Shown here one piece after another: positions 35,332 to 44,356 of a stretch of 64,000 nucleotides of DNA; positions within the stretch are counted from its first letter, which is position 1, and each line of letters opens with the position of its first letter. Under the pieces are notes generated by a model. That model searched no databases. It was not told the DNA's origin and saw nothing but the letters and a program-made list of their open reading frames with translations. A program made the translations under genes and the position numbers. The stretch is from Bacteroidota bacterium (GTDB lineage: Bacteria; Bacteroidota; Bacteroidia; AKYH767-A; 2013-40CM-41-45), in contig JADJFC010000001.1 in assembly GCA_016708785.1 (NCBI GenBank), forward strand, positions 176,147-240,146. Reading direction: 5' to 3'.

Positions 35332-36027
35332 TCACTCTTTCCCGTAGTCCACCACCACCATCCTATACTCCAACCCTTTCACGACTTGTCCATTTGTTTT
35401 ACCAAGGTCATTTCGTTCTTTATAGATCATTCCTACTCCGGCTGCATACTTTTCATTACCAAAGATCGTTTCTACATAATTATTTTCATCGATCTGGATA
35501 ACGCTTAACGTTGAATCAAAAGAAAGACTATTGATCACATCGCCTTCGTGAAAATAATCATAAAAGTAAATTTCTTCTTCTTCTGTATTTGAATCATTTC
35601 CATTCCAACTTGCGGTTGAGTTAATAGGAAATGAAAGCTTGTGATACTTGATATTGTCTTCTGTCAAATATGCACTGGTCGACGAAAGATATTGTGTCCA
35701 AACATCAGACAATTCCCATTGCATAGTATCATTGTCACGGCGATAACGTAATCTGATCTGATTCGCCCTGCCTTCAAGATCAATGAATGTACTATCGATC
35801 TTATCTTTGATTTGAAAATGATAAGCATAAACCGAATCATCGTTGTTGTTGTCATTCTCTGAATGATAAATAGAATCAACATCGTAAATGATAAACCTTC
35901 CCTCTTCGATTGGAAAATAATCATATGACAAAGCAGGTAAAACAACCGTTTCTTTTTTACACGAATACCATGTAAGTGCAGAAATGCAGAGAAGTAAAAA
36001 TAAAAGTTGTTGTTGGATCTTTGCCAT
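35332..36027 (-). CDS. Lipoprotein of unknown function
   Basis: 231 aa with lipobox LTWYSC. I recognise no family. Confidence 0.6.
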   Translation of the reverse strand: MAKIQQQLLFLLLCISALTWYSCKKETVVLPALSYDYFPIEEGRFIIYDVDSIYHSENDNNNDDSVYAYHFQIKDKIDSTFIDLEGRANQIRLRYRRDNDTMQWELSDVWTQYLSSTSAYLTEDNIKYHKLSFPINSTASWNGNDSNTEEEEIYFYDYFHEGDVINSLSFDSTLSVIQIDENNYVETIFGNEKYAAGVGMIYKERNDLGKTNGQVVKGLEYRMVVVDYGKE

Positions 36028-36033
36028 AGGAAT

Positions 36034-37122
36034 TTATCTTTCGATAAACCCGCCGCCAATTACATCATCTCCATCATAAAATACTGCACTTTGACCAGGT
36101 GCAACAGCAGTAACTGAATTGTGAAATGTTACTTTCACACGATCACCGATTTGCTCAATGGTGCTGTTTGTGCCTTTGTCTTTATAACGAATACGTGTAA
36201 GGGCTTCGGTTGCATTATCTAACGAAGTGTATTTTATAAGGTTCACATTTTTAACCCACATCTCCTGTTTCTTCAATTCATCATAAGAACCAAGTACAAC
36301 TGTATTCGTATCTGGCTTTATTTCAACTACATAAGCAGGGTCACCTAAAGCAACTTCCAAACCTTTTCTTTGTCCGATTGTATAGAAAGGGTAACCTCTG
36401 TGCTTTCCCAGTACTTTACCTTCTGTATTAACAAAAAGTCCATCAGCCAATTTCTCCTCAATACCTTCTACCCTGTTCTTCAAAAAAGACCGGTAATCAT
36501 TGTCCGGGATAAAACAGATCTCATACGACTCAGGTTTCTTTGCTAATTCATGGAAGCCCATATCCTCAGCCATTTGTCTGATCTCTGATTTATGATATTT
36601 ACCAACTGGAAAAATTGTTCTTGAAAGACACTCCTGACTCACGCCCCAAAGTACATAGCTTTGGTCTTTCCATTCGTCTTTGCCTTTACTTACAACAAAA
36701 CGACCATCTACTTCACGGACATTAGCATAATGGCCGGTTGCAATAAATTCACAATCCAGCATATCTGCACGTTTTAGAAGTGCTTCCCACTTGATGTGTG
36801 TGTTGCAACGCACACAAGGATTCGGAGTTCTGCCGGCGAGATATTCGTCAACAAAATCCTTGATCACATGATTACCAAATTCTTCACGTATATCGATAAT
36901 GTAATGAGGAAATCCCTTCTCAACAGCAATTGAACGAGCATCATTGATAGAGTCTAACGAGCAACAACCGGTTTCCTTCTTTGAACTCCCTGAAGAGGCG
37001 TAATCCCAGGTTTTCATCGTCATACCAACAACTTCATATCCTTGCTCATGTAAAATCATGGCAGATACAGAAGAATCAATTCCTCCACTCATTGCCATTA
37101 AAACCCGTCCTTTTTTACTCAT
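36034..37122 (-). CDS. mnmA: tRNA 2-thiouridine(34) synthase
   Basis: It has the PP-loop AMSGGIDSS, catalytic Cys context NPCVRCN, and CFIPD. I preferred the ATG at 37122 because a -7 box overlaps the longer start. Confidence 0.95.
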   Translation of the reverse strand: MSKKGRVLMAMSGGIDSSVSAMILHEQGYEVVGMTMKTWDYASSGSSKKETGCCSLDSINDARSIAVEKGFPHYIIDIREEFGNHVIKDFVDEYLAGRTPNPCVRCNTHIKWEALLKRADMLDCEFIATGHYANVREVDGRFVVSKGKDEWKDQSYVLWGVSQECLSRTIFPVGKYHKSEIRQMAEDMGFHELAKKPESYEICFIPDNDYRSFLKNRVEGIEEKLADGLFVNTEGKVLGKHRGYPFYTIGQRKGLEVALGDPAYVVEIKPDTNTVVLGSYDELKKQEMWVKNVNLIKYTSLDNATEALTRIRYKDKGTNSTIEQIGDRVKVTFHNSVTAVAPGQSAVFYDGDDVIGGGFIER

Positions 37123-37140
37123 AATATTTATAATGAGCTG

Positions 37141-37148
37141 CAAAGATA
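37141..37148 (-). promoter_or_regulatory. Candidate -7 box TATCTTTG for mnmA
   Basis: Plus-strand CAAAGATA, 18 nt upstream of the ATG at 37122. Confidence 0.35.
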
Positions 37149-37214
37149 CGGAATGATCATATGGATTGAAACTTAAACAGAATCATTCTAAAAAGAGTCT
37201 CTGATCTTAAAAAA

Positions 37215-37955
37215 TCACTCTTTTACATCAATTGGGCCTTTATCGTCAGTAATCGGATTCATCCAAACACCGGCTTTGTAAATATCTTCTCTTTCCAATT
37301 CACCATTTTCAAGGTAATTCAGCCATTTTCCCTCCTTCAAGCCATTCTTATAAAGACCTTTTTGCCAGACCTTACCGGTAGGGTGATAAATTGTTAAATT
37401 TCCTTCAAAACCTCCGTTCTTCATCACTCCATCGACCTTAGGAGTTCCATCCATAAAGTACTCTTTATAAACCCCATTTTGAACATCCTTCTTATAAGTA
37501 ACTGTTCTGGAAATTTTACCATTTGGATAATACAATTTCCATGTCCCTTCTTTCTTGCCTTTGAGATACAATTCTTCAGATGATTTCTTTCCCATGCGGT
37601 CATAATAAACCCAGAGGCTATCCTTGATCCTGTCAATGTATTTTCCTTTGGCCATCAGTCCGCTGTCTTCAGAAAATATTTCAGCATCATTAATCTCTGT
37701 AAGTCCCCTGAATATCAGAATAGATTGAGGTTTACCGCTCTTATAGTATGTCTTGAATGTTCCTGTATGCTTTCCGTCTTTGTAAACACCTTCTGAAAAT
37801 AGCACATCGTTAGAATAATACTTCCTCCATAAACCTTGCTTCAGGCCTTTGGCATCCGTTCGATTGATTGTGTCGCCCTTGAAAACATTAAATTTTTGTG
37901 CGTTTGCAGAAGTTGCAATTACAAGAATCAGGTATAAAAGAATTCTGTTTTTCAT
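37215..37955 (-). CDS. Secreted MORN-repeat-variant (YwqK-family-like) protein
   Basis: 246 aa with a signal peptide and repeated G.W..Y..NG/GK...G.YK.GK..G.W motifs. Confidence 0.7.
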   Translation of the reverse strand: MKNRILLYLILVIATSANAQKFNVFKGDTINRTDAKGLKQGLWRKYYSNDVLFSEGVYKDGKHTGTFKTYYKSGKPQSILIFRGLTEINDAEIFSEDSGLMAKGKYIDRIKDSLWVYYDRMGKKSSEELYLKGKKEGTWKLYYPNGKISRTVTYKKDVQNGVYKEYFMDGTPKVDGVMKNGGFEGNLTIYHPTGKVWQKGLYKNGLKEGKWLNYLENGELEREDIYKAGVWMNPITDDKGPIDVKE

Positions 37956-38087
37956 GGCCGTAAATATAGTGTTTGTTTAAGGTTCGAAATTTAGTACCGC
38001 TTTTTAGTTTTTTCCCCTTTTTCAACAGTATTTTTCGGTTTACATAAAAATACTACATTGCGTGCTACTAAAATTCAAAAGATACAT

Positions 38088-39839
38088 ATGAATACACCCT
38101 CAACTAATACAGGACATCCACGTGGACTGTACCTTCTCTTTTTCACAGAAATGTGGGAACGGTTTAGCTACTACGGAATGCGTGCCATTTTTATTTTATA
38201 CATGACAAAAGCATTGTTGTTTGACAAAGCTCTTGCGTCAAATGTATATGGCAGTTTTACCGGACTTGTTTATCTGACTCCATTGCTTGGTGGATACCTC
38301 TGCGATAAATTCTGGGGTAACAGAAGGAGCATTCTCATTGGAGGGGTCATGATGGCCATTGGACAATTCTTTCTTTACCTAAGCGGAAGTGCAGTAACAG
38401 AAGGTGCACAGAGCGGGTCTGCTATTACTTTTATGTGGATGGGACTTACTTTGTTGATCATTGGTAACGGATTCTTCAAACCAAATATTTCAACAATGGT
38501 TGGACAACTGTATCCGAAAAACGATTCTCGAATCGATGGTGCATTTACCATCTTCTATATGGGAATCAATATGGGTGCTTTCTTCTCGCCATTGGTTTGT
38601 GGTGGTTTCTCTGAGTTCAAATATGGTTTCCTTGCTGCAGCGATCGGAATGGTAGTGAGTTTGATCTCCTTTGAGTTATTAAAGAATAAACATCTAATTG
38701 GACCTGATGGGAAACCCATTGGAATGCCCGTTGCAAAAGTTGACATGAAAACATACGGAGCAATTTTTGGCTCCATTGCATTAATTTTCTGTCTCTTGAA
38801 TTTCCAGAATATCGTTAAAGGAATTTTTGGTGCAGAAGCAGTTCTCGATCCGAATACAATGGCACATACAATTGCCAATATCGATCTGGTAGCATATCTT
38901 ATTTATGCTTCTTTGATCTTGATGCCTATTATAATCCTGACAGATAAATCACTGACAAAAGATGAAAGAGAACGGATCATCGTGATCTTCATCCTCGCAT
39001 TCTTTGTGATCTTCTTCTGGGCTTGCTTCGAACAAGCAGGTGCATCGTTAACATTATTTGCCGATCAACAGGTTGACAGAGCAATTGATATCCATATTAG
39101 TCGATTCGTCATCGCAGGTGCCGGTGCAGTGCTTATCTATTTTTTAGGAAAAGCATTTGGATGGTTCTTTGAATGGTCAAAGAAAACGATCATGAGCGTT
39201 CAAGGAATAGGAGTTGTTGCAATCATAGCATTAGCTTTCATGGGCAAAATTGCTGACATTCATTTGAGCGAATTCCCTTCTCCATGGTTTCAATCGATAA
39301 ATCCTTTAGCGATCATCGTCCTTGCTCCTTTCTTCACTATGATGTGGGGTAAATTAGCTAAAGTAAATATGGAACCTTCTTCTCCTTTGAAAATGGCAAT
39401 GGGATTAGGTCTTGTTGCACTTGGCTATGTGATCATTGCTTATGCAGTAAAAGGAATTGACCCATCGACAAAGATCGCAATGTTCTGGCTTTTTGCTCTG
39501 TACATTGTTCATACAATGGGCGAATTGTGTTTATCGCCAATTGGACTAAGTATGGTAAGTAAGCTTGCTCCCCTTCGCTTATCTTCATTGATGATGGGAA
39601 CATGGTTCCTTGCAAACGCAGTTGCCAATAAATTTGCAGGTACACTAAGTGCTTTGATTCCTCCTGGAGCAGGTGAAGAACCGGCTGAGGCTGGTGAAGC
39701 AATTCCAAGTTTCTTAGGTATAGAAATTTCGAATCTATTTATTTTCTTCTGTGTTTTCATCGTATTAAGCGGTGTAGCTTCATTGATACTTCTAGCTCTG
39801 TATCGTAAATTATTAAAAATGATGCATGGGGTGAATTAA
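38088..39839 (+). CDS. Proton-dependent oligopeptide transporter (POT/PTR2, DtpT-like)
   Basis: It has FTEMWERFSYYGMRAIFILY (ExxERFxYY motif), GGYLCDKFWGNRRSI and FYMGINMGAF. I preferred the ATG at 38088 over the TTG at 38058. Confidence 0.9.
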   Translation: MNTPSTNTGHPRGLYLLFFTEMWERFSYYGMRAIFILYMTKALLFDKALASNVYGSFTGLVYLTPLLGGYLCDKFWGNRRSILIGGVMMAIGQFFLYLSGSAVTEGAQSGSAITFMWMGLTLLIIGNGFFKPNISTMVGQLYPKNDSRIDGAFTIFYMGINMGAFFSPLVCGGFSEFKYGFLAAAIGMVVSLISFELLKNKHLIGPDGKPIGMPVAKVDMKTYGAIFGSIALIFCLLNFQNIVKGIFGAEAVLDPNTMAHTIANIDLVAYLIYASLILMPIIILTDKSLTKDERERIIVIFILAFFVIFFWACFEQAGASLTLFADQQVDRAIDIHISRFVIAGAGAVLIYFLGKAFGWFFEWSKKTIMSVQGIGVVAIIALAFMGKIADIHLSEFPSPWFQSINPLAIIVLAPFFTMMWGKLAKVNMEPSSPLKMAMGLGLVALGYVIIAYAVKGIDPSTKIAMFWLFALYIVHTMGELCLSPIGLSMVSKLAPLRLSSLMMGTWFLANAVANKFAGTLSALIPPGAGEEPAEAGEAIPSFLGIEISNLFIFFCVFIVLSGVASLILLALYRKLLKMMHGVN

Positions 39840-39885
39840 TAATACGCTTTCCGGATTTATTTCCGGCAGTTGTAATAAAAGTTTT

Positions 39886-39918
39886 AAAAAAATCCTGCTC
39901 ACGGCAGGATTTTTTTTA
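39886..39918 (+). terminator. Rho-independent terminator of the POT transporter gene
   Basis: AAAAAAATCCTGC / tcacg / GCAGGATTTTTTTT. Confidence 0.8.
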
Positions 39919-39956
39919 CCTTGTAATCTGATTCAATCCTTAATCCAGAACAAATA

Positions 39957-40487
39957 ATGAACAAAACCTACCTCCTTCTGCTGGTCTTCCTTTTATCATT
40001 TTCAGTAAAAAACAGTTTTAGTCAGGAACACAATTCTCCCGATGGCATTCAGTGGGTATCCTTTGAAGATGCATTGGCACTTTCTTCCAAAGAACCAAAA
40101 AAGATCTTTCTGGATATCTATACAGGCTGGTGTGGCTGGTGTAAAAAAATGGATGCGTCAACATTTAAAGATCCTAAGGTTGTCAGTTATATGAATAAGA
40201 ATTTTTATGCTGTTAAACTGGATGCTGAAACGAAAGACACAATTACATATAAGGATAAAAATTACACATTTGTCGCTGCTTATAAATCAAATGAAGTTGC
40301 TGCATTTCTCCTCAATGGACAAATGAGTTACCCAACTTCCGTTTACCTCGATGAAAAGTCAGACCCCATTACATCTGTCCCCGGATTCCTAACTTCCGAT
40401 CAACTATTACCGATTTTAAAGTACTTCGGTGAAGACATTTACAAAACCAAGAAGTGGGAAGAATATCAAAGTGAAGGAACTAAGTAA
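39957..40487 (+). CDS. Secreted thioredoxin-family protein
   Basis: 176 aa with a signal peptide and IYTGWCGWCKKMD (CxxC). Confidence 0.8.
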   Translation: MNKTYLLLLVFLLSFSVKNSFSQEHNSPDGIQWVSFEDALALSSKEPKKIFLDIYTGWCGWCKKMDASTFKDPKVVSYMNKNFYAVKLDAETKDTITYKDKNYTFVAAYKSNEVAAFLLNGQMSYPTSVYLDEKSDPITSVPGFLTSDQLLPILKYFGEDIYKTKKWEEYQSEGTK

Positions 40488-40631
40488 TATCACTAAGCTT
40501 TCTTTACTATCCAATCTCAAAGCATTCATTTTCAAACCCCTTCGAAATAATACTTGCCTAATCGTAAATTTAGGTTTGCGGAGGTGAAAAAAATCGGTAT
40601 TTTCGCAGCCCATTCAGGAAACTGAATAATA

Positions 40632-40706
40632 TGGTGGATGTAGCTCAGTTGGTTAGAGCGCTAGATTGTGGTTCTAGAGGTCGCGGGTTCGACCCCCGTC
40701 TTTCAC
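40632..40706 (+). tRNA. tRNA-His (anticodon GTG)
   Basis: Hand-folded cloverleaf. G-1 is at 40632 opposite discriminator C (40706). The D stem is GCTC/GAGC. The anticodon stem is CTAGA/TCTAG with loop TTGTGGT (GTG at 40667-40669). The T arm is GCGGG TTCGACC CCCGT. The acceptor stem has one G.T pair and one T-T mismatch, and no CCA is encoded. Confidence 0.85.
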
Positions 40707-40715
40707 CCTTAATTT

Positions 40716-40747
40716 TCCCTTAAGCCTTTGAGTTTAAGGGATTTTTT
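40716..40747 (+). terminator. Hairpin plus T-tract after tRNA-His
   Basis: CCCTTAA / 10-nt loop / TTAAGGG then aTTTTTTg. Confidence 0.6.
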
Positions 40748-40828
40748 GTTTCACATGCCTTTTACTCTATCTATTCTGCCATCACATTTCCTTTCTGAAA
40801 AAAGGCTTACCTTTATACTGTTATTAAA

Positions 40829-42970
40829 ATGGAAGAAAAAGTATTGCTGAATGTTGAAGGAATGGATTGCGCGAATTGCGCACTTTCAATTACCCGTTCT
40901 CTTCAAAAATCCGGATTTCAAGATGTAAATGTGAATTTTGCTACCGGCGAGGTCATTTTTGACATTGTTGAAAGTGAAAAGGTCGACTTAGCAGTTTCAA
41001 ACATTAAAAATCTTGGTTATTCAGTTATTGACAGATCTGATGTTATTCAAAACACAGAAGAAGTCAAGATTTCTACGAACTCATTTGATGAAACGAGAAA
41101 AAAATTCCTGATTTCCTTAGCTTTTACTTTGCCATTATTCCTGCATATGTTTGTTGGAATATCTCTTCTGCATAATCCTTTCTTTCAACTGATTTGTTCA
41201 CTTCCCGTATTATTCATTGGTATCACCCATTTTGGCAAAAGTGCATACTACTCAATAAAATCAGGCGTCCCGAATATGGATGTATTGATTGTGATCGGAT
41301 CGACAGCAGCTTTTGCATATAGTATTTTAGGGATGGTTCTTCACCCGGATCAAGCTGCAAATTTTTTATTCTTTGAAACGGGTGCTACAATCATCACACT
41401 TGTTCTTTTAGGCAATATGATCGAACAGCGCTCGGTTAAACAGACAACTTCTGCTTTACGCGAACTTTCCTCTTTGCAACCTTCAAAAGCGAAGATCATT
41501 TTGACTGATAATGGGATTGAAAGTATATCTGAAATTGAAATTGAAAAGATCAAGCTTGATGATACTTTAATCTTTAATACCGGTGACAGGATCGCTGTTG
41601 ACGGAATTATTATTACCGGAAATGGAATCACTGATGAATCTATGTTAACAGGTGAAAGTATGCCTGTAACAAAAAAATCCGGGGACAACGTCATTAGTGG
41701 AACATTGGTAATTGATGGGTCATTTAGGATCAAAGCTGAAAAAACAACTAAAGATTCTGCTTTGGCAAAAATTATTTCTCTTGTCAAAATTGCGCAAAAC
41801 AATAAACCGGAAATTCAAAAACTTGGCGATAGAATCAGTGCTATTTTTGTTCCGGTTGTTCTATTGATCTCACTAGCAACTTTTCTAAGTGCAGCATTTT
41901 TATTCGATCTGCCTTTTAGCAAAGCATTGCTCAATAGCATTGCCGTGCTGGTGATCTCTTGTCCATGTGCTATGGGCCTTGCAACTCCAACCGCAGTGAT
42001 CGCAGGAATCGGTAGAGCAGCCAAAAGCGGTATACTCATCAAAGGTGGCTCTACACTAGAACAACTGGCAAAGGTGAAAACTATCATCTTTGACAAGACA
42101 GGAACTCTGACAACAGGAAACTTCAAGATAAAAAAGATCAACAGTTTAGGTCTTCCGGAAGAAGAAATACAGAGTATTTTATATTCACTGGAATCCCATT
42201 CATCGCACCCGATAGCCAGATCTATTCAAAAAGAATTAAGTTCGTTATCCGTTAATGAAATCAAATGGAAAACAATTCAGGAAGACAAAGGAATTGGAAT
42301 AAATGCAACGACCGAATCCGGTGATCTTTACAGTGCAGGATCGTTCCAGATGGTTAAACATTTTTTCTCTGACGATACGCATAATATTTATGTTCTGAAA
42401 AACAACAAACTTATTGCAACAGTAGATATTGAAGATGAATTAAAACCGGGATCCCGACAAATGATCGATCGGTTAAAAGAGATGGGAATAAAAAGTGTAC
42501 TTCTTAGTGGCGATAAAAAAAATCGTTGCATAGAAATTGCAGAACAATGTGGAATTGAAGAATTTTATTTCGAGAAATTGCCGAATGAAAAAAGTAAGAT
42601 AATTGCCGAGCACATGAAATCCAATCCAACGGCAATGATTGGCGACGGCATCAATGATGCTCCTGCTTTGGCGATGGCAACTGTAGGTATTTCTATTAGC
42701 AATGCTTCTGATGTTGCCATTCAATCGGCACAAGTAATTTTACTTGACAAAAAAGATATTTCGATTTTATTAAAAGCAATTACGATCAGCAGACTAACCT
42801 ACTCCACTATCAAGCAAAATCTGTTCTGGGCATTTTTTTACAACACAGTTGCAATTCCTTTTGCAGCTTTCGGCTATTTAAGTCCAATGATAGGTGCACT
42901 TTCAATGGCTTTTTCAGACGTTATCGTAATAGGAAACTCTTTACGATTGAAAACCAGGAAGATTTTCTAA
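40829..42970 (+). CDS. copA: Copper-translocating P1B-type ATPase
   Basis: 713 aa with N-terminal HMA GMDCANC, TGES, the TM6 motif SCPCAMGLATP, DKTGTLT, GDGINDAP, YN....P (FYNTVAIP) and M..S (SMAFSD) in the last TM helices. Confidence 0.9.
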   Translation: MEEKVLLNVEGMDCANCALSITRSLQKSGFQDVNVNFATGEVIFDIVESEKVDLAVSNIKNLGYSVIDRSDVIQNTEEVKISTNSFDETRKKFLISLAFTLPLFLHMFVGISLLHNPFFQLICSLPVLFIGITHFGKSAYYSIKSGVPNMDVLIVIGSTAAFAYSILGMVLHPDQAANFLFFETGATIITLVLLGNMIEQRSVKQTTSALRELSSLQPSKAKIILTDNGIESISEIEIEKIKLDDTLIFNTGDRIAVDGIIITGNGITDESMLTGESMPVTKKSGDNVISGTLVIDGSFRIKAEKTTKDSALAKIISLVKIAQNNKPEIQKLGDRISAIFVPVVLLISLATFLSAAFLFDLPFSKALLNSIAVLVISCPCAMGLATPTAVIAGIGRAAKSGILIKGGSTLEQLAKVKTIIFDKTGTLTTGNFKIKKINSLGLPEEEIQSILYSLESHSSHPIARSIQKELSSLSVNEIKWKTIQEDKGIGINATTESGDLYSAGSFQMVKHFFSDDTHNIYVLKNNKLIATVDIEDELKPGSRQMIDRLKEMGIKSVLLSGDKKNRCIEIAEQCGIEEFYFEKLPNEKSKIIAEHMKSNPTAMIGDGINDAPALAMATVGISISNASDVAIQSAQVILLDKKDISILLKAITISRLTYSTIKQNLFWAFFYNTVAIPFAAFGYLSPMIGALSMAFSDVIVIGNSLRLKTRKIF

Positions 42971-42989
42971 ATTACAGCCGACTTCTATT

Positions 42990-44159
42990 TTGAAAAACAG
43001 TTCGAAGAACATATTGATGATTGCGAAGTGGTATCCTTTCAAGGAAGACCCTCAATTTGGTGTGTTTATTCAAAAACATGCAAAAGCAATTGCTATCGAA
43101 AATAAGGTCGTTGTACTTTATGCTTCCTCGAATGCAAATCAAAATGAATCTTATGTGTTTGAAATTAACCAGGAGCACAATCTACTGGAAATTATTATTT
43201 CATTCAAAAAAAACGAATCCGTTTTTTCCGGACTTATCAATGGGTATCGATATTACAAAGCAATCAAAGAAGGTATAAAAAAAAGTAAACACTTTTTTGA
43301 AAAACCGGATTTGATACACGCCTACATTTTACTGCGCACCGCTGTGGTTGCAGCGTACCTGTCTTTTATTTACAAGGTCCCTTATGTGATCAACGAGCAA
43401 TGGTCAGGATATGCGACAGGAAAATTTTCCAACTTTTCATTTTTCAAAAAAGCACTGACTAAAAAATTGGTTCGACGATCATCGGGATTGATTTGCGTAT
43501 CTGATTTTTTACTGAAGAAAATGCATGAATGTAAAATTGGAAATGCAAATGAAATGGTAATCCCAAACACCATTGAAACTGTACATCAGATCAATAAAAT
43601 GAATGAGTCAACAGTCAATGTATTACTCGTTGCAGATCTGGTCGATGAAATAAAAAATGTCAGTTCAGTGATCAAAGCTGCTGCAAAAATTTCAAAGGAA
43701 AAACATGACTTTGTTTTGAGAATTATTGGGCAAGGAAAAGACAAAGAGATGTTAATGGAAATTGCAAGAGGGCTTGGAGTTTTGAACACTTTTGTAATTT
43801 TCGAAGGATTGAAATCGAACCAGGAGGTCTACTCCTATCTTTTGCGATGCGATTTTCTAGTTATGAACAGCCGATTCGAGACTTTCTCGCTTATCTGTTG
43901 CGAGGCAATGAGTTGCGGGAAACCTGTCTTAGCAACCCGCTGTGGAGGCCCTCAAGAATTTGTGGATGATAAAACAGGAATTCTTATTGATGTAGATGAC
44001 GATGTGGCACTTGAAATGAACTTCCGTTTTTTACTTGAAAATCACAAGCAATTTGATAGTCACGAGATTATCTCAAAAGTAAAAACTCGTTTCAGTCAGG
44101 AAACAGTTTTTCGTCTGTACAGTAGATTTTATGAGATGGTTCTTAAGTCTAAATTTTAA
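42990..44159 (+). CDS. Glycosyltransferase family 4 (GT-B)
   Basis: 389 aa with the C-terminal EX7E-type region FETFSLICCEAMSCGKPVLATRCGGPQEFV. The start (TTG at 42990 or ATG at 43017) is uncertain. Confidence 0.85.
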   Translation: MKNSSKNILMIAKWYPFKEDPQFGVFIQKHAKAIAIENKVVVLYASSNANQNESYVFEINQEHNLLEIIISFKKNESVFSGLINGYRYYKAIKEGIKKSKHFFEKPDLIHAYILLRTAVVAAYLSFIYKVPYVINEQWSGYATGKFSNFSFFKKALTKKLVRRSSGLICVSDFLLKKMHECKIGNANEMVIPNTIETVHQINKMNESTVNVLLVADLVDEIKNVSSVIKAAAKISKEKHDFVLRIIGQGKDKEMLMEIARGLGVLNTFVIFEGLKSNQEVYSYLLRCDFLVMNSRFETFSLICCEAMSCGKPVLATRCGGPQEFVDDKTGILIDVDDDVALEMNFRFLLENHKQFDSHEIISKVKTRFSQETVFRLYSRFYEMVLKSKF

Positions 44160-44270
44160 CATCTCCAATAGCTTGATTTTCTGCTGAATTTGAAAGGCTA
44201 TTTTCCTGTTTTTTGACTCTGTCACCAGAATGACACAAAAACGCACTTTCACAGATTTAAACCACGAAAA

Positions 44271-44305
44271 TATGTTTGTAGAAGCGAATCATTTCTGTAA
44301 ATTTG
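44271..44305 (+). promoter_or_regulatory. Two candidate -7 boxes (TATGTTTG 44271-44278; TAAATTTG 44298-44305) upstream of BNR paralog 1
   Basis: Both are exact TAnnTTTG matches, 52-86 nt before the ATG at 44357. Confidence 0.3.
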
Positions 44306-44356
44306 TACGAGAAAATTGAACCTAAATTATTGTCTAACTTAATACTACCAATCAAA

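Noticed and set aside
35664-36059. 131-aa ORF overlapping the lipoprotein gene 35332-36027 on the same strand
   Set aside because: It is in a different frame of a region already explained by a lipoprotein ORF with a proper lipobox. It also bridges the mnmA stop.
37215-37955. YwqK-type antitoxin, which would imply a toxin-antitoxin module
   Set aside because: The protein has a signal peptide and is a MORN-repeat-variant protein. No toxin-like partner gene is adjacent, as its neighbours are mnmA and a POT transporter.
40416-40613. 65-aa minus-strand ORF between the thioredoxin gene and tRNA-His
   Set aside because: It overlaps the 3' end of the thioredoxin CDS in antisense and has no recognisable features.
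40488-40828. tRNA-His as an integration hotspot or genomic-island border
   Set aside because: There is no integrase, no direct repeat of the tRNA 3' end and no compositional break visible. The flanking genes (thioredoxin, copA) look chromosomal.
41350-42141. Long antisense ORFs inside copA (41350-41802, 41815-42141), and similar ones inside the PKD, BNR and POT genes
   Set aside because: The sense frames carry unambiguous family motifs, and the antisense products are low-complexity.
44303-44356. Longer starts suggested by the ORF track for several genes: 44303, 37143, 15592, 12256, 38058 and 3974
   Set aside because: In each case an internal ATG gives a canonical N-terminus (signal peptide MKKGLLL..., PP-loop, or ABC N-terminus). 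The extension also overlaps promoter boxes or upstream genes, or uses a TTG/GTG start.
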